The position numbers and the translations under genes are program-made. Positions 39,136 through 48,377 of a stretch of 59,552 nucleotides of DNA are shown here, one piece after another (the stretch's first letter is position 1; each line of letters begins with the position of its first letter). The DNA is taken from contig JAYENL010000093.1 in assembly GCA_034722055.1 (NCBI GenBank), positions 29,622-89,173 on the forward strand, read 5' to 3'. This stretch comes from Armatimonadota bacterium (GTDB taxonomy: Bacteria; Armatimonadota; Zipacnadia; Zipacnadales; UBA5352). Under the pieces are notes generated by a model that made no database searches, was not told the DNA's origin, and was given only the letters and a program-made list of their open reading frames with translations.

Positions 39136-40040
39136 TGGATCGGCAGTCCGCGACGGTTGAGGTGCCGGCCACCACCGCGAATCTCGGCGCGGGCTACGAC
39201 TGCCTGGGGCTGGCTCTGGCGCTGCACAACGAGGTCAGGCTGGCGCTGGCCGACGCCGATAGCGTGGAGGTGGACGGCGAGGGCGCCGATTCGCTTCCGC
39301 GCGACCGTACTCACCTGGTGCTGGGCGCCGCCCAGGCCGCCGCGGACGCCGCCGGCCGCCACCTCCCCAGGCTTACGCTCCGCCAGCTCAACCGCATTCC
39401 GCTCGCCCGGGGCCTCGGCTCCAGCTCCGCCGCCATCGTGGGCGGCGTCGTGGCCGCCAACGAGCTGCTGGGGCTGGGGCTGACCGACAAGCGGATGGTG
39501 GAGGTCGCCGCCCGGGTCGAGGGCCATCCCGATAACGTGGCGCCGGCGCTCCTGGGCGGACTGACGGTCTGCTGCACCGTGGGCGATGAGGTGCTGGTGC
39601 GGCGCCTCGACGTGGCCTCGGGCCTCGCCTGCGTGGTGGCGATCCCGGACTTCGAGGTCGCCACGCACGACGCCCGGCGCGTGCTGCCCCAGACCGTGCC
39701 GCACGAGGACGCCGTCTTCAATCTCAGCCGCGCCAGCCTCACCATCGCCGCGCTGGTGTCCGGCAGCTTCGAGCTGCTGGCCGAGTCCACCCGCGACCGG
39801 CTCCACCAGCGGTATCGCGCGCCGCTGACACCCGGAGCCGAGGAGGCCATGGAGGCCGCCCTGGAGGCGGGGGCCTACGGTGCCGCGCTCAGCGGCTCGG
39901 GGCCCACGGTGGCGGCCTTCGTCGGCGACCGCCGGGAGGAAGTGGGCCAGGCCATGGTGAATGGCTTCCAGCGCGCCGGGATCGCAGCCGAGAGCCGCGT
40001 TCTGGCGCTGTCGCACGACGGGGCGAGGGTCATCGAGTAA
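39132..40040 (+). CDS. thrB: Homoserine kinase
   Basis: VPATTANLGAGYDCLGLAL, PLARGLGSSSAA, EGHPDN, LHQRYR, LSGSGPT. Confidence 0.95.
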   Translation: MMDRQSATVEVPATTANLGAGYDCLGLALALHNEVRLALADADSVEVDGEGADSLPRDRTHLVLGAAQAAADAAGRHLPRLTLRQLNRIPLARGLGSSSAAIVGGVVAANELLGLGLTDKRMVEVAARVEGHPDNVAPALLGGLTVCCTVGDEVLVRRLDVASGLACVVAIPDFEVATHDARRVLPQTVPHEDAVFNLSRASLTIAALVSGSFELLAESTRDRLHQRYRAPLTPGAEEAMEAALEAGAYGAALSGSGPTVAAFVGDRREEVGQAMVNGFQRAGIAAESRVLALSHDGARVIE

Positions 40041-40088
40041 TCCCGCCGCCCTCAGCGTTTCCGCATATCGCGATCGGAGTGAGTCCTA

Positions 40089-41339
40089 TTGAGCGAGGTC
40101 ACCCCGCAGCAGGTCGCAGACGCCATCGACGCCCGCGCCGAGCAGGCTCGCGAATGGCTCATGGAGCTGATCGAGTTCGAGAGCGTTCAGGGCAATGAGC
40201 AGGGCGTCCAGGAGTACATGAAGGGCCTCCTCGCTGACCTCGGCATGGAGGCCGAGTACCGAGAGATCCCAGAGGACATCTTCGACGATCCCGAGTATAG
40301 CCACAATGAGAACGAGATGCCCTACGAGGGGCGCTACAACCTGGTGGCGACCCTTCCGGGCTCCGGTGACGGCCGGAGCCTCATCGTCCAGTCGCACACC
40401 GACGTCGTCCCTGGCGCTGACTGGGAGGAGGCCTTCGATCCCCAGTTCGACGGCGAGTACGTCACCGGCCGCGGCGCCATGGACGACAAGGGCCAGGTCG
40501 TCCTCCAGACCCTCGCCATTCGCGCCATCATGGACCTGGGCATTGAGCTCAAGGGCGACATCCACCAGCAGCTCGTCATCGAGGAGGAGGTGGGCGGCAA
40601 CGGCGCGCTGGCGCTGATCCGGCAGGGCGACCGCGCCGACGGCGTCATCGTCGGTGAGGGCTCGTCGCTGAACATCTTCCCCGCGAACCGGGGCGCCATC
40701 TGGTTCCGCGCCAAGACCTTCGGCACACCGATGCACATGGGGCGCCGCCATGAGGGCGAGAACGCCATCGAGCACATGATGGAGGCCATCGACCGAATGC
40801 TCGACTACGAGGAGCAGCTCATCGCCGAAAGCGCGAACTACCCGCTCTTCGAGCGCTACGAGGCGCCCGTGCAGCTCTGCCTGGGCATCATCCGCGCCGA
40901 GGGCTGGCCGTCGATGGTCGCCGGCGAGTGCATGCTGGAGGGCGGCGTTGGCTTCCTGCCCAACAAGTCCATGGATCAGGTCAAGCAGGAGCTCTACGAC
41001 GCCGTCATGGAGACCGACGACGAGTGGCTCAGGGAGCACTTCGAGCTGACGTACCCCAAGCTGCACAACGACTCCTACGAGATCCCTGCCGATCATCCGC
41101 TTCCGGTGACCTTCCACGACGCCGTGACGCAGTTTGAGCCGAGCTCGGAGATCTTCGGCTGGAACGTCTCCTGTGATGCCCGCCTCTACAACCGCATCGG
41201 CGGCATGCCGGTGATCGTCTACGGCGTCGGCGACATCCAGGAGGCCCACTCCGACAACGAGAAGGTCTCCATGACCGAGCTGATCACGGGCGCGAAGGGC
41301 CTGGCACTGGGCATCATCAACTGGTGCGAAGCAGAGTGA
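40089..41339 (+). CDS. M20 (ArgE/DapE-family) metallo-deacylase
   Basis: SHTDVVP, GRGAMDDKG, EEEVGGNG, CDAR, AHSDNE. Confidence 0.88.
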   Translation: MSEVTPQQVADAIDARAEQAREWLMELIEFESVQGNEQGVQEYMKGLLADLGMEAEYREIPEDIFDDPEYSHNENEMPYEGRYNLVATLPGSGDGRSLIVQSHTDVVPGADWEEAFDPQFDGEYVTGRGAMDDKGQVVLQTLAIRAIMDLGIELKGDIHQQLVIEEEVGGNGALALIRQGDRADGVIVGEGSSLNIFPANRGAIWFRAKTFGTPMHMGRRHEGENAIEHMMEAIDRMLDYEEQLIAESANYPLFERYEAPVQLCLGIIRAEGWPSMVAGECMLEGGVGFLPNKSMDQVKQELYDAVMETDDEWLREHFELTYPKLHNDSYEIPADHPLPVTFHDAVTQFEPSSEIFGWNVSCDARLYNRIGGMPVIVYGVGDIQEAHSDNEKVSMTELITGAKGLALGIINWCEAE

Positions 41340-41392
41340 GGGCCTTCCACAGATTGTCAGTTGCGGGCGGCGGCTGCAATCCAGATAGATAC

Positions 41393-41419
41393 TGGGGCGC
41401 GGGCGCCCTCGCCCGCGCG
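41393..41419 (+). repeat. TGGG-tagged REP-like palindrome
   Basis: tggggcgcgggcg-ccct-cgcccgcgc; related units lie at about 48047-48180. Confidence 0.55.
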
Positions 41420-41594
41420 TTCCACCGACACCAGGAGTTCGCGCTTCACAGTGACCAGCGGATCACGCCGGCTGACGGCAGTGGAGTAGGAGAGGCCCTC
41501 GCCTGTCCTCGGGCCCCGGGTGGATGCTCGCCGCCGGGACCTGACGCCCCTTGCAGTGGGGCATCGTCTCATCGCGCTCCAGGGAGGTGCCACC

Positions 41595-43301
41595 GTGAAG
41601 ATCATCAGGCTCATCTGCGCGGCGGCCATCATCGGGCTGGCAGGCTGCAGCGCTCGCGCCCAGGACGACCAGCTCACCATGCGCTGGTTCTACCTGTCCA
41701 CCAACTTCCTCGTCGAGGAGAACGTGGGGACGGGGCAGCAGCTTCTGCAGCGCGCCGCCGCCGCGGGCTACAACGGCGTCCTGGTCGCCGACAGCAAGTT
41801 CGGCTTCCTGCAGGAGATGCCCCAGCGCTACTTCGACAACGTTGCGGCCTTCAAGCGGACCGCCGATGACCTCGGCATCGAGATCATCCCCGCCGTGATG
41901 CCCATCGGCTATTCCTCCAGCCTCCTGCACAACAACCCCAACCTGGCCGAGGGCCTGCCCGTTCGCGACGCGCTCTTCGTGGTGGAGGATGGCGTGGCGG
42001 ACATCGTCGCCGACCCACCCGTGAGCCTCCCCGGCGGAGACTTTGAGGACGCCGAGGGCGACAGCTTCGCCGGCTGGGACTGGCAGGATCAGGCCGGCGC
42101 CATCACCTTCGCCGACACCGAGACCGTCCACGGCGGACGGCGGTCCTGCCGCATCGAGAACGTGGGGTCCGCCGATCCCGAGCACGGTCACGGCCGCCTC
42201 AGCAGGACCATTGACGTGGCGCCCTTCCGCTGCTACCACCTGCGGGCCTGGATCCGCACCGAGGACTTCGAGGCCGCCTCCCGTGTGCGCATGTTCGCCA
42301 TGTCGGAGGACGGGCAGGTGCTCTCCTACAGCGACCTCGGCGTGGAGCCCAGCCAGGACTGGACGGAGCACCATGTCGTCTTCAACAGCCTCGACAACGA
42401 GCGGGTCCGCGTCTACATCGGGGTGTGGGGCGGGAGGGGCGGGCGTCTGTGGTTCGACGATGTCGCCATCGAGGAGCCGGGCCTGCTGAATATCCTGCGC
42501 CGCGAGGGCTGCCCGCTGACCGTGCGCGGCGAGGATGGCACCGCCTACGAGGAGGGCCGAGACTTCGAGCGCGTGGTCGATGAGCGGATGGGCACGGTCC
42601 CGTGGCCGGGCAGCTACGAGGTCTACCACGAGGCACCAGCGATCCACCTCACAGCCGATTCGCGCATCCAGGACGGCCAGCGCCTCCGCGTCAGCTTCTA
42701 CCATCCGGTCATCATTCACTGGGGTCAGATCGCCTGCTGCCTCAGCGAGCCGGAGGTCTACCAGATCCTGGCCGACCAGGTGCGGCAGGTCGAGGACATG
42801 CTGCACCCGCGCTCGTACTTCATGAGCCACGACGAGATCCGCGTCGCCAACTGGTGCCAGGCCTGTCAGGAGCGCGGTATGACGCCCGGCGAGCTGCTGG
42901 CTGACAACGTCAGGCGCTGCACCGAGATCATCCGCGAGGTGAGCCCTGACGCGCGCATCTTCGTGTGGTCCGACATGTTCGATCCCTACCACAACGCGCA
43001 CGACGACTACTACCTCGTCAACGGGACCTGGGCCGGCTCCTGGGAGGGCCTGGATGAGGACGTCATCATCGCCGCCTGGTACTTCCGCAAGCGCGAGCAG
43101 AGCCTCCCGTGGTTCGCCGAGCGCGGCCACACGCAGATCCTGGCCGGCTACTATGACACCGGCGACTTCTACACCGATGAGTGGCTCGCCGACGCCCAGC
43201 GCCTCGGCGCGCCCGTCTGCGGCGTCATGTACACCACCTGGCGCCACCAGTACGATGATCTGGAGCGCTGGGCCGAGGCCCTGTGGGGTGGAGGGCGGTA
43301 G
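41595..43301 (+). CDS. Lipoprotein glycoside hydrolase-like protein (TIM barrel, GH20-like HDE motif) with inserted carbohydrate-binding (CBM4/9-like) domain
   Basis: LAGC lipobox after GGAGG+GTG; GGDFED...GW...LWFDDVAIEE; FMSHDEIR; VWSDMFDP. Confidence 0.6.
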   Translation: MKIIRLICAAAIIGLAGCSARAQDDQLTMRWFYLSTNFLVEENVGTGQQLLQRAAAAGYNGVLVADSKFGFLQEMPQRYFDNVAAFKRTADDLGIEIIPAVMPIGYSSSLLHNNPNLAEGLPVRDALFVVEDGVADIVADPPVSLPGGDFEDAEGDSFAGWDWQDQAGAITFADTETVHGGRRSCRIENVGSADPEHGHGRLSRTIDVAPFRCYHLRAWIRTEDFEAASRVRMFAMSEDGQVLSYSDLGVEPSQDWTEHHVVFNSLDNERVRVYIGVWGGRGGRLWFDDVAIEEPGLLNILRREGCPLTVRGEDGTAYEEGRDFERVVDERMGTVPWPGSYEVYHEAPAIHLTADSRIQDGQRLRVSFYHPVIIHWGQIACCLSEPEVYQILADQVRQVEDMLHPRSYFMSHDEIRVANWCQACQERGMTPGELLADNVRRCTEIIREVSPDARIFVWSDMFDPYHNAHDDYYLVNGTWAGSWEGLDEDVIIAAWYFRKREQSLPWFAERGHTQILAGYYDTGDFYTDEWLADAQRLGAPVCGVMYTTWRHQYDDLERWAEALWGGGR

Positions 43302-43501
43302 CTGCCGCGCGGACGGAGTCGCGGCAGACTTCGTCGCACGCACTCAGGCCCGCAGCGCCCTCAGAAAGGAGGCGCTGTTGGCCCGCACGAAGGGATCGCG
43401 CTTCACGCGGCGAATCCCTCTTACCAGACCTGACGGGAGCGAGACTCGGGCATCCGCCCAACCTCACAGCCGTCGCATCTGACGGACGGGAGGAATCCGT
43501 C

Positions 43502-44572
43502 GTGGCACAGGCACGCATCGGAGTCATCGGGATCGGGACCTTCGGCGTCAACCACCTGCGCTGCTTCAGGCAGATGGGTTACTGGGGCGAGGCGGAGCTG
43601 ATCGCCGCCGCCGACATCAACGAGGAGCTGCTGGAGGAGCGCACCCAGGAGTTCGACTTCGTGCCCTACGTGGACTACAAGGAGATGTTGCGGAAGGAGG
43701 AGCTGGACGGCGTCACCGTCGTCACGCCCGACCCCTACCACCGCGAGATCGTCATCGACGTGGCCGGGGCCGGCCTCCACGTGCTCTCCGAGAAGCCGCT
43801 GGACGTCACGGTGGAGGGCTGCCAGGAGATGATCGACGCCTGCGAGGAGGCCGGCGTGCTCCTGCAGGTGGACTTCCACAAGCGCTATGACGAGTACCAC
43901 ATCGCCATGAAGCAGAAGATCGACGCCGGCGACCTGGGCGACATCGAGTACGGCTACTCGCACATGGAGGATCGCATCGAGGTGCCGCGCGACTGGTTCC
44001 CCGGCTGGGCGGTCAACAGCTCGCCGGCCTGGTTCCTGGGCATCCACTTCTATGACCTGGCCCGCTTCCTCATGGACAACGCCAACGGAGTCCGCGTCTG
44101 GGCCACCGGCTACAAGAGCAAGCTCCAGAGCCTGGGCGTGGACACCTGGGATTCGGTCTCCGCGAAGGTGGAGTTCGACAACGGGGCGTCCGTGATGTTC
44201 GACACCTCCTGGATCCTCCCCGACGCCTTCGAGGCCATCGTCAATCAGGGCATCCGGCTGGTGGGCACTGAGGGCATGATGGAGTGTGACTCCCAGGACC
44301 GCGGGACCGTCACCTGCAACTACGAGGAGGGCATGGCCACCCATAACGAGAGCTTCCTGCGGCAGCGCTACGACAAGCAGGGCCGGGAGATCTTCGAGGG
44401 CTACGGCATGGACTCCATCGCCGATTTCGCCCGCAATGTGAACGTCCTGCTCGAGGGCGGGACCATGGACGACCTCGGCGACTACCCCGACGGCTACGAT
44501 GGCCTGGAGGCCACCAAGATCGCCGCCGGCGTGCACGAGAGCGTCGAGAGCGGGCAGATCGTGGACCTGTAG
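43502..44572 (+). CDS. Gfo/Idh/MocA family oxidoreductase
   Basis: IGVIGIGTFG, VVTPD..H, EKPL, FHKRYD, GIHFYD. Confidence 0.9.
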   Translation: MAQARIGVIGIGTFGVNHLRCFRQMGYWGEAELIAAADINEELLEERTQEFDFVPYVDYKEMLRKEELDGVTVVTPDPYHREIVIDVAGAGLHVLSEKPLDVTVEGCQEMIDACEEAGVLLQVDFHKRYDEYHIAMKQKIDAGDLGDIEYGYSHMEDRIEVPRDWFPGWAVNSSPAWFLGIHFYDLARFLMDNANGVRVWATGYKSKLQSLGVDTWDSVSAKVEFDNGASVMFDTSWILPDAFEAIVNQGIRLVGTEGMMECDSQDRGTVTCNYEEGMATHNESFLRQRYDKQGREIFEGYGMDSIADFARNVNVLLEGGTMDDLGDYPDGYDGLEATKIAAGVHESVESGQIVDL

Positions 44573-44633
44573 GCCCGATCCGCTTGAGCGTTGGCCGATT
44601 GCGGCGACGGCCTCGCGCACAGGTCGCCGCCGT

Positions 44634-44662
44634 TTGACAGCCCCGAGATGCGCCGGTATACT
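44634..44662 (+). promoter_or_regulatory. Sigma70-type promoter upstream of the aminotransferase
   Basis: TTGACA (44634-39), 17-bp spacer, TATACT (44657-62). Confidence 0.8.
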
Positions 44663-44763
44663 CAGTCTGAGTGGGGTGGTGATGCGCTGAAGGCGCTGCC
44701 ACCGCCCACCGTTTGCTGTGTACCACTCCGCGTGGAGCCGAGCCCTGCAAAGAGGCGACCCCA

Positions 44764-46095
44764 ATGCCGAACATCATCACTGAGCTTCCAGGCCCCCGGT
44801 CGAAGCAGATCATCGACACCGCGCGCACCTACGAGCCGCGCTCCATGGGCGACCAGATGCCTGTGGTCTGGGACCACGCCGAGGGCTGCGTCATCTGGGA
44901 CGTGGATGGCAACGAGTTCCTCGACTGGTCCAGCGGCGTGCTGGTCACCAACGTGGGCCACTGCCATCCCCGCTATGTCGAGCAGGTCAAGAAGCAGTGC
45001 GACAAGCTCTTCAACTGCTACGACTTCGTCACTGAGCCGCGCGCGGAGCTGGCCAAGAAGCTCATTGAGATCACGCCCGAGCACCTCGACAAGGCCTTCC
45101 TCGTCACCACCGGCTCCGACGCCACCGAGGCCGCCATGCGCATGGCCCGCCGGGCGCATGACGGCTATGAGATCATCGGGTTTGACGGAGCCTTCCACGG
45201 TCGGACCTTCGGAGCAGCAGCCGCCGGAGGCATGGGCGGCACGAAGAGCGGCTATGGCCCGCTGCCCCACGGCTTCCTGCAGGCGCCCTTCCCGTACGCC
45301 TACAGGGCTCCCATCTGTGAGGGGAAGTCGGAGGAGGAGTGCGCGCAGAGGTGCCTGGAGTACCTGGACTGGGTAGTCGAGCACCAGTCCGAGAACCGCC
45401 TGTGCGCCGTGATCACCGAGCCCTATCAGGGCGGCGCCGGCGGCATCATTCCGCCGAAGGCCTGGATGGAGGGCCTGGACAGGTGGTGCAAGGAGCGTGA
45501 CCTGATCTTCATCCTCGACGAGGTGCAGTCATCCTTCGGCCGCACCGGCAAGTGGTTCTTCATGGAGCACTGGGACATCGCGCCCGAGCTCGTCTGCCTG
45601 GGCAAAGGCCTCGGCAGCGGCATCCCCTGCTCTGCGGTAGTGGGGACCAGTGAGATCATGGACGCCCTGCCGCCCGGCTCCATGGGGAGCACCAACGGTG
45701 GCAACCCCATCTCCTGCACCGCGGCCCTCGCCGCCATCGATATCATCGAGCGGGAGGGCTTGGTGGAGAACGCGGCCAGGATGGGCGAGCTCTTCGAGCA
45801 GCGCTTCCTGCAGATACAGGAGAGCACGCCCCAGCTCGGCGACGTTCGCGTCATGGGCCTCATGGGCGGCCTGGAGTTCGTCAAGGACCCCGAGACGAAG
45901 GAGCCGGCCCCGGAGCTGACCCGCCAGATCGTGTGGGAGGCCTTCCAGCGCGGCCTGATCTGCATCGCGCCCATCGGCCTGTATGACAACGTCATCCGCG
46001 TGGCCCCGCCGCTGGTGATTACCGAGGAGCAGGCCCACGAGAGCCTCGGAATCTTCGAGGAGGCCATGCAGGCCGCCGTCGCGGAGGCGGGCTGA
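44764..46095 (+). CDS. Class III PLP aminotransferase (GabT/ArgD-like)
   Basis: DVDGNEFLD, GHCHP, FHGRT, DEVQSSFGRTG, LGKGLGSG, TNGGNP. Confidence 0.92.
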   Translation: MPNIITELPGPRSKQIIDTARTYEPRSMGDQMPVVWDHAEGCVIWDVDGNEFLDWSSGVLVTNVGHCHPRYVEQVKKQCDKLFNCYDFVTEPRAELAKKLIEITPEHLDKAFLVTTGSDATEAAMRMARRAHDGYEIIGFDGAFHGRTFGAAAAGGMGGTKSGYGPLPHGFLQAPFPYAYRAPICEGKSEEECAQRCLEYLDWVVEHQSENRLCAVITEPYQGGAGGIIPPKAWMEGLDRWCKERDLIFILDEVQSSFGRTGKWFFMEHWDIAPELVCLGKGLGSGIPCSAVVGTSEIMDALPPGSMGSTNGGNPISCTAALAAIDIIEREGLVENAARMGELFEQRFLQIQESTPQLGDVRVMGLMGGLEFVKDPETKEPAPELTRQIVWEAFQRGLICIAPIGLYDNVIRVAPPLVITEEQAHESLGIFEEAMQAAVAEAG

Positions 46096-46139
46096 GCAGA
46101 TTCCAACCCAAGGGAAACCTTCTCGTCACCATACGAAGG

Positions 46140-46169
46140 AAGGGAAACGGCCGGTTTCCGTTCCCTTCT
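46140..46169. terminator. Stem-loop downstream of the aminotransferase (possible terminator)
   Basis: aagggaaacgg...ccgttcccttc near-perfect inverted repeat; no clean U-tract. Confidence 0.35.
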
Positions 46170-46342
46170 CCCTAGCACGGGTCGACTTGGTTGTGTTGAA
46201 GATGCGCGGCCCCTCCATGGTGGGCGTGGGCGTCTTGGCGTGACGCGGGAAGGTACGCGAACTTCTGCCACTCACTGCTGGGAGCCTCTTCGACGCGGCG
46301 GCGGGCCCTCCGTCGTCCAGCTAATAGAGGTGTCTCTGATCC

Positions 46343-47065
46343 ATGCGTATCGTCCGCATCTTCGGCATCGCCTTCATCACCGGCTTCTCGGGCGCCATGA
46401 TGCCCGGTCCCATGCTGGTGCTGACCATCGGCCAGACCGGCGTTCACGGCATGGCCGCCGTCTGGGCCATCGTGGGCGGCCACGCGGTGCTGGAGATCGC
46501 GACCGTGCTGCTGCTGGTCGCGGGCATGAGGCATGTGCTGCAGCGGCCGGCACTGCGCGGCGCCATCAGCCTCATCGGCGGGGCCTTCCTCGCCTGGATG
46601 GGCGCGGACATGATGCGCAACGCCGCTGCGGCCTCTCTGGATCTGGCGCGGAGCGCTCAGGGCATGCCCTGGCTGCAGCTCATCATCGCGGGCGCCGCGG
46701 TCTGTGTGGTCAACCCGTACTTCACGCTGTGGTGGGCGACCGTGGGGGGCGGGCAGTTGGCCCATGCCGCCCCCCGCAACGCGGTGGAGTACATCTCGTT
46801 CTACGCCGGGCACGAGCTCTCGGACCTCGTCTGGTTTGCTCTCGTTGGGCTCATAGTCGTGACGGGCGCCACGTGGCTGTCGCCGACCGTCTACTCGTGG
46901 CTCATAGTGGTCTGCGGCGCCGCGCTGATCGCGCTCAGCCTCTGGTTCATCTGGACGGGCGCGCGCCTGGTCTGGGAGGGCGCCGGCGATGAGAGCGCCG
47001 GCGGGTCGGCCGCTGAGATGGTGGCCGAGGCCGGCGCGCCCGCCGATGCCGATAGCAGGGAGTGA
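46343..47065 (+). CDS. LysE-family translocator
   Basis: GAMMPGP, GHAVLE, NPYFTLWWATVG; six hydrophobic segments. Confidence 0.85.
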   Translation: MRIVRIFGIAFITGFSGAMMPGPMLVLTIGQTGVHGMAAVWAIVGGHAVLEIATVLLLVAGMRHVLQRPALRGAISLIGGAFLAWMGADMMRNAAAASLDLARSAQGMPWLQLIIAGAAVCVVNPYFTLWWATVGGGQLAHAAPRNAVEYISFYAGHELSDLVWFALVGLIVVTGATWLSPTVYSWLIVVCGAALIALSLWFIWTGARLVWEGAGDESAGGSAAEMVAEAGAPADADSRE

Positions 47066-47072
47066 CAGACCC

Positions 47073-47957
47073 ATGTCGGACAGGCAGTTGCGAATCGGGC
47101 TGCCCAAGGGCAGCCTTCAGGACTCGACTATCGACCTGTTCCGCAAGGCCGGCTTCAACGTCACTGTGGACGAGCGCGCCTACTCGCCGGACCTCGGCGA
47201 TGAGGAGATCTGGGCGGTGCTGCTGCGCGCCCAGGAGCTTCCCCTCTACATCGACCATGGCGTGCTGGATTGCGGTCTGACCGGCTATGACTGGATCCTG
47301 GAGCGAGGTGTCGATCTCCACGAGGTCACCGACCTCGTTTATGCCAAGGGCGGAATGCGCCCGTACCGCTGGGTGCTGGCCGTGCACGAGAACTCCAGCA
47401 TCCAGTGCTGGGAGGACCTGCAGGGCAAGCGCATCGCCACCGAGCTGGTGGAGGTCACGCGGCGGTTCCTGGCGGAGCGTGGCGTTCAGGCCGAGGTGGA
47501 GTTCTCCTGGGGCGCCACCGAGGCCAAGTGCCCGGACCTGGTGGACGCGGTCGTGGAGGGCACAGAGACGGGCAGCACCCTGCGCGCCAACAACCTGCGC
47601 ATCGTGGAGACCCTCTTCGAGTCCTGCCCGAAGTTCGTGGCCAACCGGGAGGCCTGGGAGGACCCCTGGAAGCGGCGGAAGATCGAGAGCATCTCGCTGC
47701 TGCTCAACGCGGCGCTGGAGGCAGAGAAGAAGGTGGGGCTGAAGATGAACGTGGCCGAGGAGGATCTGGAGGCAGTCCTGGAGTGCCTCCCGGCCCTCAA
47801 GAAGCCCACCATCTCGCCGCTGGCCAACGACGGCGACGGCTGGGTGGCGGTGGAGACCGTGGTGGACACCGACCGCGTGAAGGACCTCATCCCCGCCCTG
47901 AAGGCCGCCGGCGCTCAGGGAATCATCGAGTACGCCCTCAACAAGGTGGTCGTCTGA
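47073..47957 (+). CDS. hisG: ATP phosphoribosyltransferase, long form
   Basis: GLPKGSL, LRAQE, GLTGYDW, SWGATE, TETGSTLRAN, C-terminal PTISPL...GAQGIIE. Confidence 0.95.
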   Translation: MSDRQLRIGLPKGSLQDSTIDLFRKAGFNVTVDERAYSPDLGDEEIWAVLLRAQELPLYIDHGVLDCGLTGYDWILERGVDLHEVTDLVYAKGGMRPYRWVLAVHENSSIQCWEDLQGKRIATELVEVTRRFLAERGVQAEVEFSWGATEAKCPDLVDAVVEGTETGSTLRANNLRIVETLFESCPKFVANREAWEDPWKRRKIESISLLLNAALEAEKKVGLKMNVAEEDLEAVLECLPALKKPTISPLANDGDGWVAVETVVDTDRVKDLIPALKAAGAQGIIEYALNKVVV

Positions 47958-47959
47958 TG

Positions 47960-48200
47960 CCGGGAACCAGCGCCCTCCGCGGGGCGTCAAACGCCCTGCA
48001 GGCCGGCGGGAGCCCGCACGTGGCATGCGACCTCAGGATGTCGGTCGCCGCGGGGCGCCCTCGCCCGCGTGCGCCTTGGTGTGGCCCAAGGATCAAGAAT
48101 CCAGTGGCGCTTCGCGCCACAAGCCGGCGAGGGCGCCGGCTTCCCAGCCCGAGATAGCGCTTCGTGCTGGGGCGCGGGCAGGCCTGTGGCGGCGGGAAGA
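47960..48200. repeat. Cluster of GCGCCCTCGC-type REP-like palindromes in both orientations
   Basis: gccgcggggcgccctcgcccgcg, gccggcgagggcgccggcttccca and tggggcgcgggc resemble the 41393 unit. Confidence 0.5.
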
Positions 48201-48276
48201 AACGCGGCCGCGCGTCCTACCGACACATGGGACTTGCACCCAGTGCCCTCGCCTGCTGCTCCGCTGCGCCTGCTGC

Positions 48277-48306
48277 TTGACAGCCGTGAGAGCTTTGGGG
48301 TAACGT
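48277..48306 (+). promoter_or_regulatory. Possible sigma70 promoter for the TPR gene cluster
   Basis: TTGACA (48277-82), 18-bp spacer, TAACGT (48301-06); weaker match. Confidence 0.4.
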
Positions 48307-48377
48307 ACCAGCGAGGCACTGTGTAGTATTCATCGCAAAAGTGCAGCAAACCTCCACCACGCTCCACTGGAGTGTTG

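Noticed and set aside
46172..46300. His-rich peptide (AHAHHGGAAHLQH) as a his attenuator leader
   Set aside because: It is on the strand opposite hisG, is separated from it by lysE, and is the tail of a shadow ORF.
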